From assembly GCA_043228905.1 (NCBI GenBank), contig JBHGNT010000003.1:20150001-20214000 (forward strand): DNA of 64,000 nt, written 5' to 3'. Under the pieces are notes generated by a model. It saw only the letters and a list, made by a program, of their open reading frames with translations. It searched no databases and had not been told where the DNA came from. This document shows, in pieces, positions 1 through 15,326 of the stretch. The first letter of the stretch is position 1; every line of letters starts with the position of its first letter. The position numbers and the translations under genes were made by a program. This DNA is from Azolla caroliniana (Eukaryota; Plantae; Polypodiophyta).

Positions 1-950
1 ACGAATCTAGTAAGGTCATCAACAGAAGATGACCTTAAGCTTATCATCAAAGGGAGGTAAACCGAAGTCATGCAATTGTGAGAGAGCACCTATAAAGGCA
101 AATAAGTGCTCAGCTACACTTTTTGACTCATCAAGTTGCATACACACTAACTTACACATGAGATGCCCTTGATTTACAAGAGTGGTAATTTCATAAGTAG
201 CTTTCAGCTTCTCCCAAACCTCAAAAGCAGTTGTGAGGCCCTTCAGATCCATTAAGATCTCACCTGATACAACCATCTTAATGTAAGTGGTGCCCTTCTT
301 ATTTAGTTTCATCCATGCTACATCTGTCATTTCTTCAAGCTTGACTTCAAGAAGTGCCCCTTCATAATCTTTAAGAAAGAGAATGCCTAACATTCTCTCT
401 TTCCATAAATCAAAACCACTAACTTCAAATCTCTTGATCTCAAACAAGCTTTTGAGATCAGATGAGGTAGTTGTTATGTTTACACTTCACAGTTTAAAAT
501 CAAATTCGCCAAAAAAGGTAAAATCACCTTTTGTTTTGTGCACAATCACCTGATGAGACAGAAATTATTCACAATGAAACTCTCTTGCTATGATACCAAT
601 TGAAAGAGATAATGATGGTGTGGTCAGATCCAAAACACCAAGGGAGTTTATTGTTATGCGAGGAGAGAAATTAGAGAAAACTATGCAGAAAATGGAGAGG
701 AAACCCTAGCCACTAAAAGTCGTTTGTTCATTATGAGAGGTTTGGGACCAATTAATATTGATAAGTAGCTTTTGGGCCATTCTTGGCATGTTCACACATG
801 GCCAATGACCAAAAGTTATAAAAATAATGTAAATGTCTATAACCCCTCAAATTGGGGCCAAAGATACAATAAAAGTATGCCTAGAAAGCTCTCGACGAAG
901 ACGATTTCTCCATAAACTTGAGGAAAATTCGGAAGCTCATCAAATTTTCA
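1..950 (-). mobile_element. Ty1/copia LTR retrotransposon, 5' end (5' LTR, PBS, gag), running off the window edge
   Basis: LTR 601-950 is bounded by TGAAA...TTTCA. The adjacent PBS at 587-598 reads TGGTATCATAGC on the minus strand (1 mismatch to the tRNA-iMet PBS TGGTATCAGAGC). ORF 19-447 is copia gag/UBN2-like (FDLWKERM...TAFEVWEKLKATYE). Confidence 0.85.
19..447 (-). pseudogene. copia gag (UBN2-like) fragment, ending at a premature stop
   Basis: Gag N-terminal motifs; the reading frame ends at a stop long before pol. Confidence 0.75.
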
Positions 951-3900
951 CATGACATCATTTACAACCGATTATTTGGAGACTAGAATCTCTTGTTAGG
1001 ATTGTAACCCTTCTCCTACAAGTCAAAACCTAGTAGCCTCTTACGTGCCCACACATAATCATGGTTGATTACCATAGGACCGTCCAATAAGGCTGGAGAT
1101 AGGACCATTATGGAATATGTCCAAAGTTGTTATGCATGGGACTAGGCCTTTTAGGAAGGACCTAGCTACCCCATTTGGTACTCTTCATCGATTCTCTGAT
1201 TCAATCTCACGCCTATTCATGGGAATCTGAAATGCCACCTCCATCACAAAGCAATAATTTTCTTGAGCTAGATAACATGCCTCTGACTTGGTACAATACA
1301 TGTTATGCATCCAACTATCTGGTTAGATATGGAATTGGGTGGAAAGCATCGCACTAACTAAAGGGCGTCAGTTTGGAAGTTTGGTTATGAGGAGGGTTAA
1401 TCTCTGGCTGTCTTATTTTGATAATCATAGACATAATTAGCATAAATAAGTTACCCTTTGCTAAGTAAACTTGATCATTTGCATGGAAAATGATGTCAAA
1501 AGCCATGCGCTGCATTATGCATCTAGCTAATCATTGTGTCTTGCTCTAGGGATCAATTGGGCTCTAGAGTTCTGTTTTGATGACAGGATGGATTTATATT
1601 TTAATTATTTATTCCGCATCCTTGACCCTGACATGGAAAAGCATATCAAAAAATCAATGGTTCATGTAGATTTCCATATGAGATCAATATATAAGGTTGC
1701 AAGAAGTTGCAAGACACATGTTAAGTGTTTCCGCTAAGATTTTTCAATAATCTTATGACTAGTTTTTTATTTTGTTTTTGTTTGAATATTGGCATTTTGA
1801 TGTTCATGCTGGTAATTAGTATCACATTATGTTAATTCCTTATTAGGGACCCATTTCGTATAGAGAAGCATGTGAGAAGATCATATGCAAGCTGAAAACA
1901 GATGTTGAGCCTTTTCATAGAGACGACGATGGTCAGTAAACCCACGACTAATTTTATTTGAATAGTGGCTTCTCTAATCAGATTTCGCCATAGTTAACAG
2001 ACCCAGTTTCAACAACACGGGGAAGAGAACATACCTGTCTTGCTGAGAGCAAAAGAAAACGATCTTGGTGGTGTTGGAGAAGCGAGGTCTTGGCGTAGTT
2101 AAACTGGGAAAACGAAAAAATGTAGTAGTTCCACTCCCACAAGAGGATCTTCCTACTAATGTAATAATCAATGGTGTCATTGTTCCCTCTGTATAAAAAT
2201 AAATAAATAAAGTCTCTCTTGCACTCTACACTCTACATATCCCACCCGCCTCATATTGGCCTTCTTTGGGTCTGATCCCTCGGACCGCACTTTTCTTGTC
2301 CATCATCTCTTATTTCATGTTTTGTCTTGCTCTTGCTTCTCGTGGGTTCGATCCTCTTGACCCCACTTTCCTTCTCTATATGATCGCTCATTTCATTTCC
2401 TTGTCGAAGCTCACTTGATAGTCTGCACACAGGAAAAAAAAAGAAAAAAAAGATCGTTGTTCCCCATGTAGAAAAGGTTCGCTCTATAGCCTGCCTTGCT
2501 TTCGTTGGTCTTGCTTTGGGTCTGATCCTTTGTAGTGCCTCAGTTCAATCCTGACTATATGAGGGTTAATTCCAAATTATAACCCACGTCGAACTCATAG
2601 TGAATATGGAAACACCCCATGATAACTGCCCATCCTTGCAACTTTGTCAACCTACAACACCTCAGAGTTCTCGAGGGCTATGAGATAATTGTGATTCCCT
2701 TCCATTAATGTTACAAGTCTATGCTTTGCACCCTCTTACTTTGGGGAATTATGATGCACAAACATCCAATATACATAAGGGGTCTTCAACAAATTTTGTG
2801 CCCTCTTCATTGGCTTGCTTTGTGAACAAATTTGAACAATGGCAATCGATATGAAAAGGCGAAACCCAATCCAACATGTTTTGCACTATTGTACACAAAC
2901 TCGAGGAAAGGGAAGTAATCCTCCCAACCCCTTTGTGTGCATGAAGGTTATGTGCTAATACATTATTAACATATTCAAATTGGCCACCTTAATATAATAT
3001 ATTAGGTTCTAGAAAATGTCAACATTGTGCTCAATTGTGCCCTTGACCATAAGTTGACAACAAATGTTTTATCGCAATCCATTATGATTTGCGTTGAGTA
3101 CCCCCATTCAAATAACAGGATAGTCAACAAACTTATTTATGAGCGTATGACTTCAACGTGTACTTTTCATGCTTGTAACCTTGTTCATATTAATACATAT
3201 ATCCACCCTTGTTATTTGTAGGTTGTTGGCAAACCATCAACAAAATCCAAAAGAATCTTTTCTGAAAGTCTGCAATTTTAGTTCAATATTTATTTAAAGT
3301 TTAGATTTTTTGAAGGACTAGGGATTTGAAGGTTTCAAAACAAATTCATCATAAAAACTCGATGCACAACATCAAATATCCACCAAAACTCGATATTACG
3401 CATCAACTCTCAGATTTGTTGTCAACTTTGATTTTAATGTTTTTAACTTTTAGAAGGGAAATATGATGAATGTGCTAGAAAAAAAGTTAGTTATGTTTAC
3501 GAGGGTCAAATGACCACCCATTCACATGTTTCTGAAAAGCGTTGGCCACTAATTATCTTCAACTCACTAAAGGGTTTGCTCACTTGTCCCAATATTATAA
3601 ATAAAACTAGATGTATGAAATAACTTATTCTTCCTAACCATTTACACAAGTATTCAACAATATTCCAATTAAAGTAATAATGGGATAAGCAGAACATGGT
3701 TATGGTGATGAAACATGTAAGAGCTTTTCGGAGATGTAGCATAGAGGCATCCAACCAAATGCTTTCAAATTTGTGGTTGCCTTGAAAGTTTATGTTAGCA
3801 ACATAAGAGCAATTTAGAAGGGATGTGAAATTCATGTTGAGATTGAAAGGAAGGGATTGTTGGATGAACACATTAGTCTTGAATATGCAGAACATGAACA

Positions 3901-5599
3901 AGATTGGCTAGAAAGATTGGCTACGGCCATTCGGCGCGAATATACAATATTCATTGTAATAGTGAACTATTTTGTATATTGCCTTTCACCACTCTAATTT
4001 TAATACCAATGGAGGATAACTTTTTATGATGATTATTTTTTAATTCTTCCTAACATAAAAAATTGGCACAACAACTAGATCAATATATTCTTCCATGGGT
4101 GTTTTGACTCATTGCCTTGCCAATTAGAATTTGGTTTATAGTATATACTTATTAGTTTATTCGATCTTTTTTAATTATATTTATGTATAATATCGTTGTT
4201 TAATGTAGTCAATAATGTTTCGCACCATGAACTTCACGAGTTATGAAAGGTTGGTGGCGTTGATTTTCCAAGTTTTGAAATATAACTACAAAAACATTTT
4301 GATATTCTTCAAAATCAATTTTATTTCTAAGGGTTTCTCAAATTTAAGTATTGTTAAAAGTGATATTTCCAAATACATAAATATAGACTTTTTTTACAAT
4401 GTGCAAGGAGCCTTTAATAAGAAGTATGTACCATGACTTGTTGCAATAAATTTGAAGATGTCTCATCAAGAATTATTGAGATGGAGACTTTGGATATAGT
4501 TCCCTAGTCGAGGATCCCAAATACATGGTTACAAGTACAACCCTCCTTGCACCAGAAGATATTACAATTTTCTTTAAATACCTTGTGTGAATAGGGAGAG
4601 ACATTTTCATTAGGCAAGGATGTGTCATTCCTACTTAGCTATGTTAGCAGGCTTCATGCATGTATTGGGCACAACTATTTGAAATGTTTTTTTTTTTTTC
4701 CAAAAGAAAACTCCTTCCATTAGTTATAAACTATTTGAAATGTTTTTGATCATTATATATCATCAACCCATGAGTAGTTTGATTTCAACATATCTATCAT
4801 ATGCAAGACTCAAGTAGTCTATTGGTTTCATTCATGTTCACGCTTGCTTTTTTTGCAATTGTGTAGTTGACATATGCATTGGGTATTCATTTGATATATA
4901 ATGATAAGTTCTCACAACCCATGTTTATTTTGTCACCTACAAAATGAGAGACCAAAGGCAATCATTGAGATGTTACCTTTGGTGCAATCTCTAAAGTGCA
5001 AAATGTAATATTAAGAATAATCAATCTCCCATACACATGGAGACCTTCACCATCATACCAATTTCATCAATTCAGACCCTATGAATTTTGTGGGATGCAT
5101 CCACAAGCTCTTAAAGGGATACCAAGGAAAGGAAACAAGCCTTCTGCAGAGGACGAGGTAATTTTCATCTTCACTTTGATTTTCATACTCGGTGAGCTGG
5201 TATGATAATAAACATCCCATCATTTGTTCATCCCATAATGTGTGCTTCTTCAAAACATTGTAAGCCCTGCTTAAATATAGGATGTTCACAAACATCCTTA
5301 CTTTGTCCTTATACAATCCTTAGAACTATAGGCGAAGTTAGCAAATGTTTCGTAGAAATCGATATACAAAGGTTTTGGAAAGAGACAGAGAAAAGAAATG
5401 GTCGAGGTATATAGATCCACGCTCACTGTATTGCAAGCGAGTGATATAAGATGCATCTCTCCCAAGGGAGTATTGTGTGATGCATACGGTTTGATATAAT
5501 TATTATACAACAGATGATGAAAGCATAGTCTCACGAAAAGCGCGATGACGGAAACATAGGTTGTCATGAAAGAGTGTGCTACAGAAGGGTTCAGGTCAA

Positions 5600-8500
5600 T
5601 TAACCACCAGCCTCAACATCTACTAGAGCTAGAGATCCTGCCTGTGGGTGATGCTGACCTGTAGGCTGGTGAGTGTGTTCCGGCTCCGGCTCCGGCTCCG
5701 GCTGCTCGGACACAGCCATGCCCCGTCCCACCATTAATATCCCGATTGCTCGATCGCGAGACCGGGCTGCTGTTGCTCCAGCACCCCCTCTCATCTCCAT
5801 GTAGCTGTGATACTGGACGATGAAAGCATTGCAGCTGAAGGCCAGGCCGAACCCAGAGCAGGACGCGAGTAGGATCGCCAGAAAAGCCGGCTTCACACCG
5901 ATCTGCGCAGTTACACAAAAAGTCCCCAAAATTTGCCTTTTTTTCTTTTTGCATTTGATACCCATTACAAGCAAAAATGCAGCAAATTCAGAAGATTTTG
6001 AAAAAAGAAAGAAAGTGGGTGGAGATTAACTAATCATATTCAAAATACCAATGAATAAAACAGGTGAGTAAGCAGTACAACAAGCCCGAATTGGAATACC
6101 GCATAAATCCAGATGTACTTTTTCACTGTCAAAAAACATTACAACTGCAGTCTTTCAAGTAGAGGCTTCATCAATCACTTCATCAGGAAGAAAAGCAATT
6201 CGGTTAAGCAATGAAATTAGATTTTTAAGAGACATTTGAAAGCTTAACTAGCTTGTCTTTCCACAGACTCACCAACAGTAGATGCTACGATGGAACCCAG
6301 AATACCAAGGACACAAGCGAATGGCAATGCAATAACCAGTGCACCTGAGCCCATATTGACCAGCATTTGCTCAAGAAAACAGAAGTAACCAAGCATGCTA
6401 ATCATTATAAGTACTGGTATATCTTGCCAAACCCTGCACAGAGTGTGAAGACATAGACAAATTAGAACGTGATAACATTAATAATCACATATGATCCATT
6501 GGATAATGAATTACATGTGGTTGCACATATTAGAGTACTGGCCAAAGATTTCCACAAGTAACAACATGGATATGCATACTCGTTTTGTACAATGAGACCT
6601 ATCGAAAATATTTTCTGTGAGACATCAATTCATAGGTAGCTCTTGCATGCACTCTGTTTGTGTATCTGTTCATCAGCCAATTTCACTTTCGGTATTCAAC
6701 ACCTATACAATATTTCCTAGAGTGTAATCAGAACAAAACATTATGGGAATACTTGTTTCATCCATGATATCCCTTCACAAGGCCTTTAGAAATAATCACA
6801 ACCTTAACATTAAAATCACTATGTGAGGTTAGCAAATTATAGGCATTTATCTAACATGCAGGAAGGATTTCAGGAAACCTGATAAAGAAAGAAAAACAAA
6901 TTGGCTTAGTAGAAGTCAGGTTATGACCAGTAGCTAACAATTGACATACCGTTCCGTAGTTTGATGAGATACTTGAATAAAGGAGGCAGCACGACTGGGA
7001 ACTCTGAGCAGAGTAACAGGTAAGTTTTGGACCTCGTGACCACAGACATCGCAAGTACCATTTCCTTTAATCCCAAACCACCTCATTGCACACTCCTGAT
7101 GAGCCAATGCTAATTCACCTTTGCAAGCACATTCCAGCTTCAGGGTTTTCCCTTCTTCGTTCAAATCGTCCAAACAGATTCTGCATACTGCCTCCTCTTC
7201 TGGAATCTCCTCCTCACCTCCCCCTGTGGTAAAGGTAACCAGCCACACACACCAGTACAAATATATATAACACATGCTATATAATACTATAATGGAGGAC
7301 TGAAGCACTAAGTGTGACATGTTCACAAATTTAGTGTAGAGTTTAGTCTGTTTCACCCTCTGCACCATGTGCTTTTCGAGAATTGGGCGTTGCCAGCTCC
7401 ACTGCACTTGCTGAATATACTCGTGGAGTAGACAGCTTGACAAGTATTGTCCCCCCTCCTGATGTCATGCGTCGCAAACTGTTAGCTTTCTGCACTGGAA
7501 CCGAGAGGGATCGTGCAATACTTCCTCCTCTCACGCTACTCCTCTACAGAATTAAAACATGATGGAAGTACTGAGATTTAGAAAAAAGATTCAAAACTGG
7601 TGACTGTACAAAATGATGAATTGGGATAGATGAATGAATAGGTCTTACACTGGATTGTGGTGAAAATTCGGGTGGAAGACCACCTCGAACAGATCCAGCC
7701 GAATCAGAACGAGGCGATGTAGAATCCAACAACATATGGGACAGTGGCAATGAAGATGTTCTTCTTGTAGATAAAGGCCTAAGAACATGGGTCTGGAAAA
7801 AGGACCCTGAAGGTAATAACTGCTTATTCTCACGTTCCGTATTGACGTCGCTAGCAGGTGTTTTCATTAATTTAGAAGAAGACCTCGGCAGTAATTGTTT
7901 GCTATACGATTTGTACCCCTTGGTAGCAGGGTTCGGAAGTAGTAGTTTTTGAGATACAGAGTTAGGATCAGAGAATTCAGGCATCTCATGATGTGTAGTG
8001 GATGGTATTATATCCAGGAGCACATCTTTCCGGGGCACCATCAGGCCCTCCGGTACTGTATCTGAGCTTTCTGCTATCTGAACCCAAAAAAATATTGGAA
8101 ACAAATGATGATATAGCATCAAAAAATAGGAAATAGGGAGAATGGGCACATTAATATTAAGCTCCATACATCCTACTTGTCCTCAATCATATATTTCTAC
8201 GTGTCCAAATCTGTTACAGATGACCAGACCCTAGCTGGAAGATTGTTTAGCTTTTAGACATTAATAATAACCACAGAACTCCTTGGATTCGTGTGTTAGC
8301 TGCAATAGTAAATCTTTTAGATGCAGAAGACTTTCCTATTGAAACTCCAAATTACAATTAATTCTGATGGCTAACTTCCCTGGTTGAAGAACACGTATAC
8401 ATGACAATAGATAGTGATATTCTGGAATAATGAAGCGATTGGAATCAATCAAACATAAGGTCAAAAACAAAGAGCAAATATCTAAAAGAATGGCATTCTA

Positions 8501-9439
8501 TCTGCATGTATTTTGCTTTCCCTCTAACACTGCCCATCTCGATGGAGGAATGAGAACAATGTTCCAACTTCCAAGTTCAAACCAGTACAGATGTGGAGGA
8601 ACTCAGTATGTATTATTCTAATAAAAACTTCAAAGCAACTAGACTACAATACACTCATAATGTAATAAATATTTTATCTAAGCAATGTTGATTGTGCACA
8701 ACTACCATGGTCAAAAATCTGTATCTACATATAATAGATACACATGTGCACATACATGCACGTATACAGACATCAAATCTATTGAAATATTTTTAAGTTA
8801 TGATATCACAAACGTAACTCTGCATTAGAAGTAGATGAGATTCGTTAGATACATCAGATTCCAACTGAACAACCATATAGATGAGTTCCATTCTGAATTG
8901 TTCAATGTTTACAAGGATTAGTACAATGGCCACATATCATCATTTTGTAAGAGGACCCCAATTCCCAAATCCAGATTCCTAAAGCAAAACCACATCCCAA
9001 ACCCCTCTTAGCATTATCCGGTCAGACCATATTTAACGTGAAATTCTGATTTGAAATTTTGACTGTAAATAATCCTCTCAAATACCACACATACGGTGAG
9101 CATTCATGTTAGGTGTTTTCCTCGAGCCGATTGTGCAAAACCTTCAGGTTTTATATGGAAATGGTTACTCATCCATGAACATCTTTACATTCTCAACTTC
9201 TGAGGTTGAAGATAGTCTATGTTCAATTATTTGCTTGCTTGTTTGTTTGGTGAATTTTAATGCCACTTCTAGAGTTTTTATTGAGCTTTTCCTCTAGTAC
9301 CTCATACCGTACTCATCAATTTATCTTCAAATGATGCTTAAGTTTGAGTAATTTTTCCTAATTGAGAAAGGAATTTATTGGCACTTACTTCATGATGATG
9401 CCTATGAGAATCATGTGGATCCGGTTGTGTGGATTCCAT
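5600..9439 (-). CDS. RING-CH (RINGv/MARCH-type) membrane-anchored E3 ubiquitin ligase, 7 coding exons
   Basis: Exons (minus): 9389-9439, 7649-8077, 7357-7543, 6950-7223, 6273-6433, 6049-6125, 5600-5902, all GT-AG and phase-compatible. C4HC3 domain [13 protein letters not shown]...[32 protein letters not shown]. Downstream [24 protein letters not shown] and further hydrophobic helices match the plant RING/U-box RINGv family. The start ATG at 9439 is less certain. Confidence 0.9.
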
Positions 9440-9937
9440 TGTTAGTTGAGAAGAAGAAGACGCAGGCGAGGATGTGGGTTTACTCAAGTCGACATTGCTG
9501 TGGGTTCGCTCAATCTGGAACAGATAACATAATTCTTCACTAAATTCTGAGCAGATAGCATAATTGTTCACTCAATCGAGAGTAGAAAACATCTTCTTCT
9601 TTTTTCCTGAAGAGAAAGAAAGGGCTCCGTAATTGATAATCACAAAAGATATATAGTTTACACAGCTGTGGCAGTTGATTCTATGTCAAATCTGCAGGGT
9701 GAGAGATGGATTGAACGAAGACCATTCCCGTCTTTTCTCTCATCTCTCCCCCCCTCCTCCCCTCCCCTCCTCTGTCGACTGTATGATGAGAGGGAGGGCC
9801 CATCGGGGAGAGGGCCATTGCCCAAAGGGCATTTACTCTGCAACAAGAAATACAGATAGCACAGAGTAAATGCGCTCGCTATCTGTGTGTAGTGAAGAAT
9901 TGAATGGGAATTGGGATCAATGAATTGCTCTCATCAC

Positions 9938-10060
9938 ACGTATACGTATACGTATACCTCTATCTATTATATGATATACATGTATACGTATACGTATACC
10001 TATATCAATATGTATGTGTATATCATATATGTATATTATATATATGTATATGTATATGCT
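9938..10060. repeat. (TA)/(TACGTA)/(TATG) microsatellite upstream of the RING-CH gene
   Basis: Directly visible low-complexity tract. Confidence 0.8.
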
Positions 10061-11879
10061 TTTGTTTGAAAATAACTATTTTAACCCTCTTCCTGAATTC
10101 ACCCCTCCCATCCTTTTCTAAGCCATCATGATGATTCATGGCCCATCTCTGGCAGTGCCTCGCCCGTATGTGTAGTTATTATATGTCATTCCGAGAAGAG
10201 GCTTCTGCCAATACCGTACTCTCGTCTCGTTCCTTCAGAAATATACTCGAATATACCTTTGTCGAGTTGGTTGGCTGCGCTTTTCCTGCCCCAACCAGTT
10301 GTAAGGAGTGAGAGGCTATGCTCTCACTCGGCCCAAAACATCTATGTTTTAGATTAATCGCTCATCGATTCTATTTATTAACGCTTGACATTTGAGATAG
10401 AATCAGATACAACCTTTGGCCTGTTGCTTTGTTTAAGGCTTGTAGCATTAGAAGCCTTTGTAATTCCAAAGCGCTTTCGTAGAGTTGGTCTTATATACAT
10501 ATATATTGTCTATGCTCTTTGGAACTTTTCTCATATTTATGTATGTATGCTCTTCAGGTGATTCCTAGTTACAATTTGAAACAACTTGGGAGGCGTGTTG
10601 AAAACCAACACCATGCCTTTTATCCATTGAATAGACCACCACTATATCATGCTCACATATTTATTCTCCCTTGTCTATTTTATGTTATAACTCTTGTGGT
10701 GTACCTGCCATGCGTTTATCATATTTGTAGTGACCGACTTTTGAGGAAAATTTACAATTCAAAATTCATAAGGATCTTAACAAACTTGTGTATTTCCTCC
10801 TATTTGAAAGGAATGCTTCATGTCAAACATCCTTAAAAGGTAATTGGTTTCTAGTCAACATGATTAAATTACACTATAAGTTTCTAGTTTCTCTTTCCAA
10901 AAACATCTCTTAAGACAGAGATTAAGTGTTTGAGGTGTTTTCATATAAGGATGTATTCAAGTATCCACTTTAACCTCCTTTACTTTATTAACTAATTCTT
11001 GTTGATCTATTTGTCCCGCACATAGGCCTCCCAACCTTTATAATACAAATTGTTACTTACACACTCTTGTCTATGTACTTTTAGATAAATTAAAATATAT
11101 CATAATAAAGTTATATGTAGGACAACAATTTTTAATGTAATTATATCTACTTTTAGATTGTTAACAAATACTTCCAACATAAAGAACATTTGAGAAAATA
11201 GTCCAATTTATAGAATTAAGTGTTTGGAAGTTTAATATTTCATATGAATTCAATATCAAATCATTGTCATCCTCTTCATTGACACCAGCCTTTTGTGATG
11301 CTTTTTCTTGTGTCATATCTGACACATGCCACTATCAAATGACCTCACAGTCACCATTGTTTTGCTTATGAAATTATTAACAAACATGGTATTTTAACTA
11401 AAAGTTTGGGTAATGATGTAACAAAGTAGAGAAAATCATGTATACCAAATTGGAGTAATGAAAATAATTATCACATATAACATTATGCTCAATAGTAAGT
11501 ACTAGGCTAAAAATAACATACAACAAGATTAATAAAGAGGATTGCATTGTGGTTGGAAACAAAAGATAATTCATTGACGACTATAGTAAACATTGATTAT
11601 ATTTTAGAGATTGGAAACACAAGTTGTCACAATAAACTTTGTCACTAATTTGGTTTGTTGTTTCACCTTAGTTATTTTATGGTAGTGTCAACCTTACCTT
11701 CTAAAATAAACGGTTCATAAAAGCACAATATGAAAATATAATATCATAATGCCTTTATTTATAAATAAGAACCCCAATTTCTAAATTAAAAACACCTCTT
11801 TGGAAAACGATAAAAACATAGTATGAAAATATAATATCACAATGCCTTTACTCTTAAATAAGAACCACAAATTGTAACA

Positions 11880-13300
11880 AAAATGGTTCCATGTGGAAAT
11901 TCATGGAGTCAAAGGAACAAGCATGACTAGGATCGCTAAAATCATGGGGTCTCCTTATTTGAAGATGCAAGTATAAAAACATGTGAAGGGAAGAATAAGG
12001 ATCAATGTATGCAGTTTGAAGACATAGTGGTAAAGAAGGATTGATAATGTGACCAACATAAGGGAAAAGGGGTATCGTTTGCCACAAAGGACTATGGGAT
12101 AAGAAACATTGGAATGCCCTTATATAAATATTAAAGATAGAAAGGGAAGAGAAAGAGGTAAACCTCAAATATTGTCCTAAAGCATGTTGTTTTGTAGAAA
12201 GACCTTCCAAAGTTTAGCAAAGGAATGGCATAACAATGGCATGATCCTTGTGTAATTAGGTATATTGCATGTCATAATGATAATAATGAGATTGTGTTTT
12301 GAAGCTTACCATATATAACCATATATTATTTGCAATGTAGGGGACATCCTTAATGAGAGCTATTAGTGTGTTGATCGACGAACTAACACTGAGTAAGCAT
12401 GACAATGAAGGACACATGTGGTAGGTGATCCACAATTTCGACCAACTCACAAAGGATCCCAAGTTGGATTACTCTACACCGAGGAATGCATCCCACCAAA
12501 AGGAATCTTCTAAGTAGCATGCACATGTGTTACTTGCGAGATGTGACTTGAAACTGTGTCATTGATACACTCTAAACAACAACTTGTTATTGCATTGGTA
12601 CTCCAAGGTTGAACTTCGGTGAACCTACTAGGATCACAACATTGAACAAGTTTGGTCATGGCACAATCATCTGAACAACAATGCATGCCTTTTGCAAACC
12701 AAGAAATGGTATCCAAGTGATCCACAATGTGCCTACTTTTTTGGCAAATTGATGATGAACCTTGATTTTCACGTGATCAAGTGGCTTCATCGAGGACAAT
12801 GACTAAGCTAAATGAGATTAAGAGGGACAAACTCTTTAATATGTGTTGAAGAAAGCAATAAATTGGCATTATCATGTCCAATATTTGCCCAATAAGTTCA
12901 ACAACTTTAATTCATTGGGTAATATGTTACTTTATAAAAATATAGTTCATATCTATGTACAAACTTAGACAAGAGGATTGAGCAATGGAATTATCTATCC
13001 ACAATGTTGAGAACATGAAAGCGCATGGAGGACGTAGGTAAACAACTATGTGAATGGTTAATTGACATCTCAAATCTAGGTATAAGTGTTGTCGTCAATA
13101 CTAGAACATGGAAATTGACTAGAACTCGATGACATGGTGGATGAGGCAATTAGACAAGCATATGTCATGCACGTAATGTTGAGAAGTTACAAAGAAGAGA
13201 GAGTGATAATGTGATGCGCCATCTCAAAATAATCAAAACTACTTAGATTAAAGGGGCTCCTATAACAAAATGAGAGAGAAAAGAACAAAGCAATGCATAT
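11880..13300 (-). mobile_element. Highly degenerate copia relic (zinc knuckle, protease region, pre-integrase)
   Basis: Minus-strand remnants in copia order: ..CQKVG.. knuckle near 12730-12755, DVPY..N..L resembling DVLYVP..NLLS near 12310-12350, and a His/Cys pre-integrase trace near 11950-12120. Many stops and frameshifts. Confidence 0.4.
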
Positions 13301-14519
13301 TCTCTCAATTTCGATCATAACACAATAACTAGACTTGTGAAAAACAAAGAAAAACACCTCAAAAAGGCATGAGGAGCCCATATCAAACATATGGTGCAAC
13401 TAGAGTTAGATTATTGACTTGATGCAAGTATTTGGAACTCCTCTCACATGTGCCATTTGCATGACATGGGATCACTCAATTGAGTGTCGCAAGTATAATC
13501 CATAGTGTTGACTATTGACACGCAACAAATCAAGTGTGTACCTAGGAATAAAGTGGACTCCCAAGGCAAGTGCAAGTGCAAAGTTGTGTTGGTTTTGTTG
13601 GTTGCGCCATTGTGGCCAATGATATTTTCCACCTTGATGTTGATTGAATGGAATAATGTAAAGCCCTTCCCAAATGCACGATTTGCATGATGTATGATAA
13701 GTTGATAGAGCACCATATGATCCATGATGTCAACCCCTGGTAGTGTAACAAATCAAAGTGAATGGTCCACTTTACTCTTGGTAACATAAGCGTAGAGTAG
13801 ACCCATAAGGCCAATGCAATCATGGATGGTCGTTGAGGTTGTATGCAATGGTGGGGTAACCAAGAAAGTAAACACCACCAACTTTCCATGATTGCACGTA
13901 CTATAAACAAACAATGGAGATTGTTAGGCACATGCATCTACTATGGAAAATTGTCCCATAAAAGGATTCAAATGCATCCTACAATGATTACACAAAATGG
14001 ACATCAACAATAGAGGGATATGTTGGCAATCATCATCATCCATCTAAAAGGAGACACACGCGTTGATGGTGATGACAAGGGGTTGTGGAGTGACAACATG
14101 TGAGGAGGAGACAACAAAATAGAACGAACCATGCATTGTTGGATGGCTTGAGTAGAAACTAGTTGAAGGTCAACCACAATGAATGTTGGAGGTATGAAGA
14201 CCATATAAGAAAAAATGTGAACAATTAAATGAAGAAGGAAAGAGAAGGAAAATAATTGAATTTTTTTTGGGTGAACTCACACGAGGAATTACAAACATGG
14301 TTGAAATACATTGGTCACACACAAATTTGTTTTCCTAATTTGAACATGCAAATAAACTTTTAACATTTTTCTAATTTGAACATAGGCTAATAACTTTTAA
14401 ACTTCTTTCTAATTTGAATGTAGGCTAATAACTTTTAAACATTTTTGGACATGTTACATAAACTTATCCCAAAGCAAAGACACTTTCTGATTCCACCCTA
14501 ACATTCTCATACAAAAAAA

Positions 14520-15180
14520 CTAAAAATGTTCTTTGGTCACTAACTTTGAAAAAATAATATCGCGTATCTTTAAAGGATGGATACACTAAAGTTGTGAGTG
14601 TTGTTGAAGAAGACTGAAAAAACATTTGAAAGTGAGGATCGGAAATTATAGGTCCATCAAAACCATAGTCTCACCAATTGAACAGTATCTACATGCCACA
14701 AAAGTTGTGAATGTTGTTGGAGAAGACCGAAAAAACTTTTGAAAGTGGGGCTCAGACATTGTAGGTCCATCGAAACCACAATCTCACTAATTGAACATTA
14801 GCTACATGCTAGTGGAAAATGGACCCATTTATAGGTAGTTCAAAACCAAGGCATTGTCTACAATGTACATGTTTCCTTTGAGATCGTGATTTGAATTGGC
14901 AAAATCATAGGCTTAATGATCGATCAAGGTGGCATTTCTACATATAAATAATATGTGCTAGCACATAAGCAAGTTATTGGCTTAGTACTATCGACATGCG
15001 AAAGATAAACACATCCTTCAAAGGCTAATGTTTGACTACAAATTGGATTACTCTAGAATAAACTCTTATATGCTCAACAAGCCTTCTTGAATTTGTATGA
15101 GACTTGCCCATCTAGTCCACACCACATTTCTTGCAAGGTGCAACAATGTATAGAAAAATGTTGCATGCTCTTCATTAGTG
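14520..15180 (-). mobile_element. Degenerate copia reverse-transcriptase relic containing a 114-bp tandem duplication (14587-14810)
   Basis: Eroded traces of KLKKALYGL, LYVDD and LVG.L...PDL.F...SQF...KR..RY motifs on the minus strand. Confidence 0.45.
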
Positions 15181-15292
15181 TAGCATTTTACTAATTGTGT
15201 CATACTAGAAAATTCTTATATTTATATAAACCCTCATGTTGAAAGACATCTAACTAATTACGTAACTAAGTAACTAACTATATATACATTAT

Positions 15293-15326
<34 letters not shown>

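Noticed and set aside
1000-5400. Short ORFs and possible DNA-transposon, LINE or LTR relics
   Set aside because: It looks like decayed repeat DNA (e.g. three gggt(c/t)(t/c)gatcc-type repeats at 2265-2530), but I could not define termini, TSDs or protein motifs.
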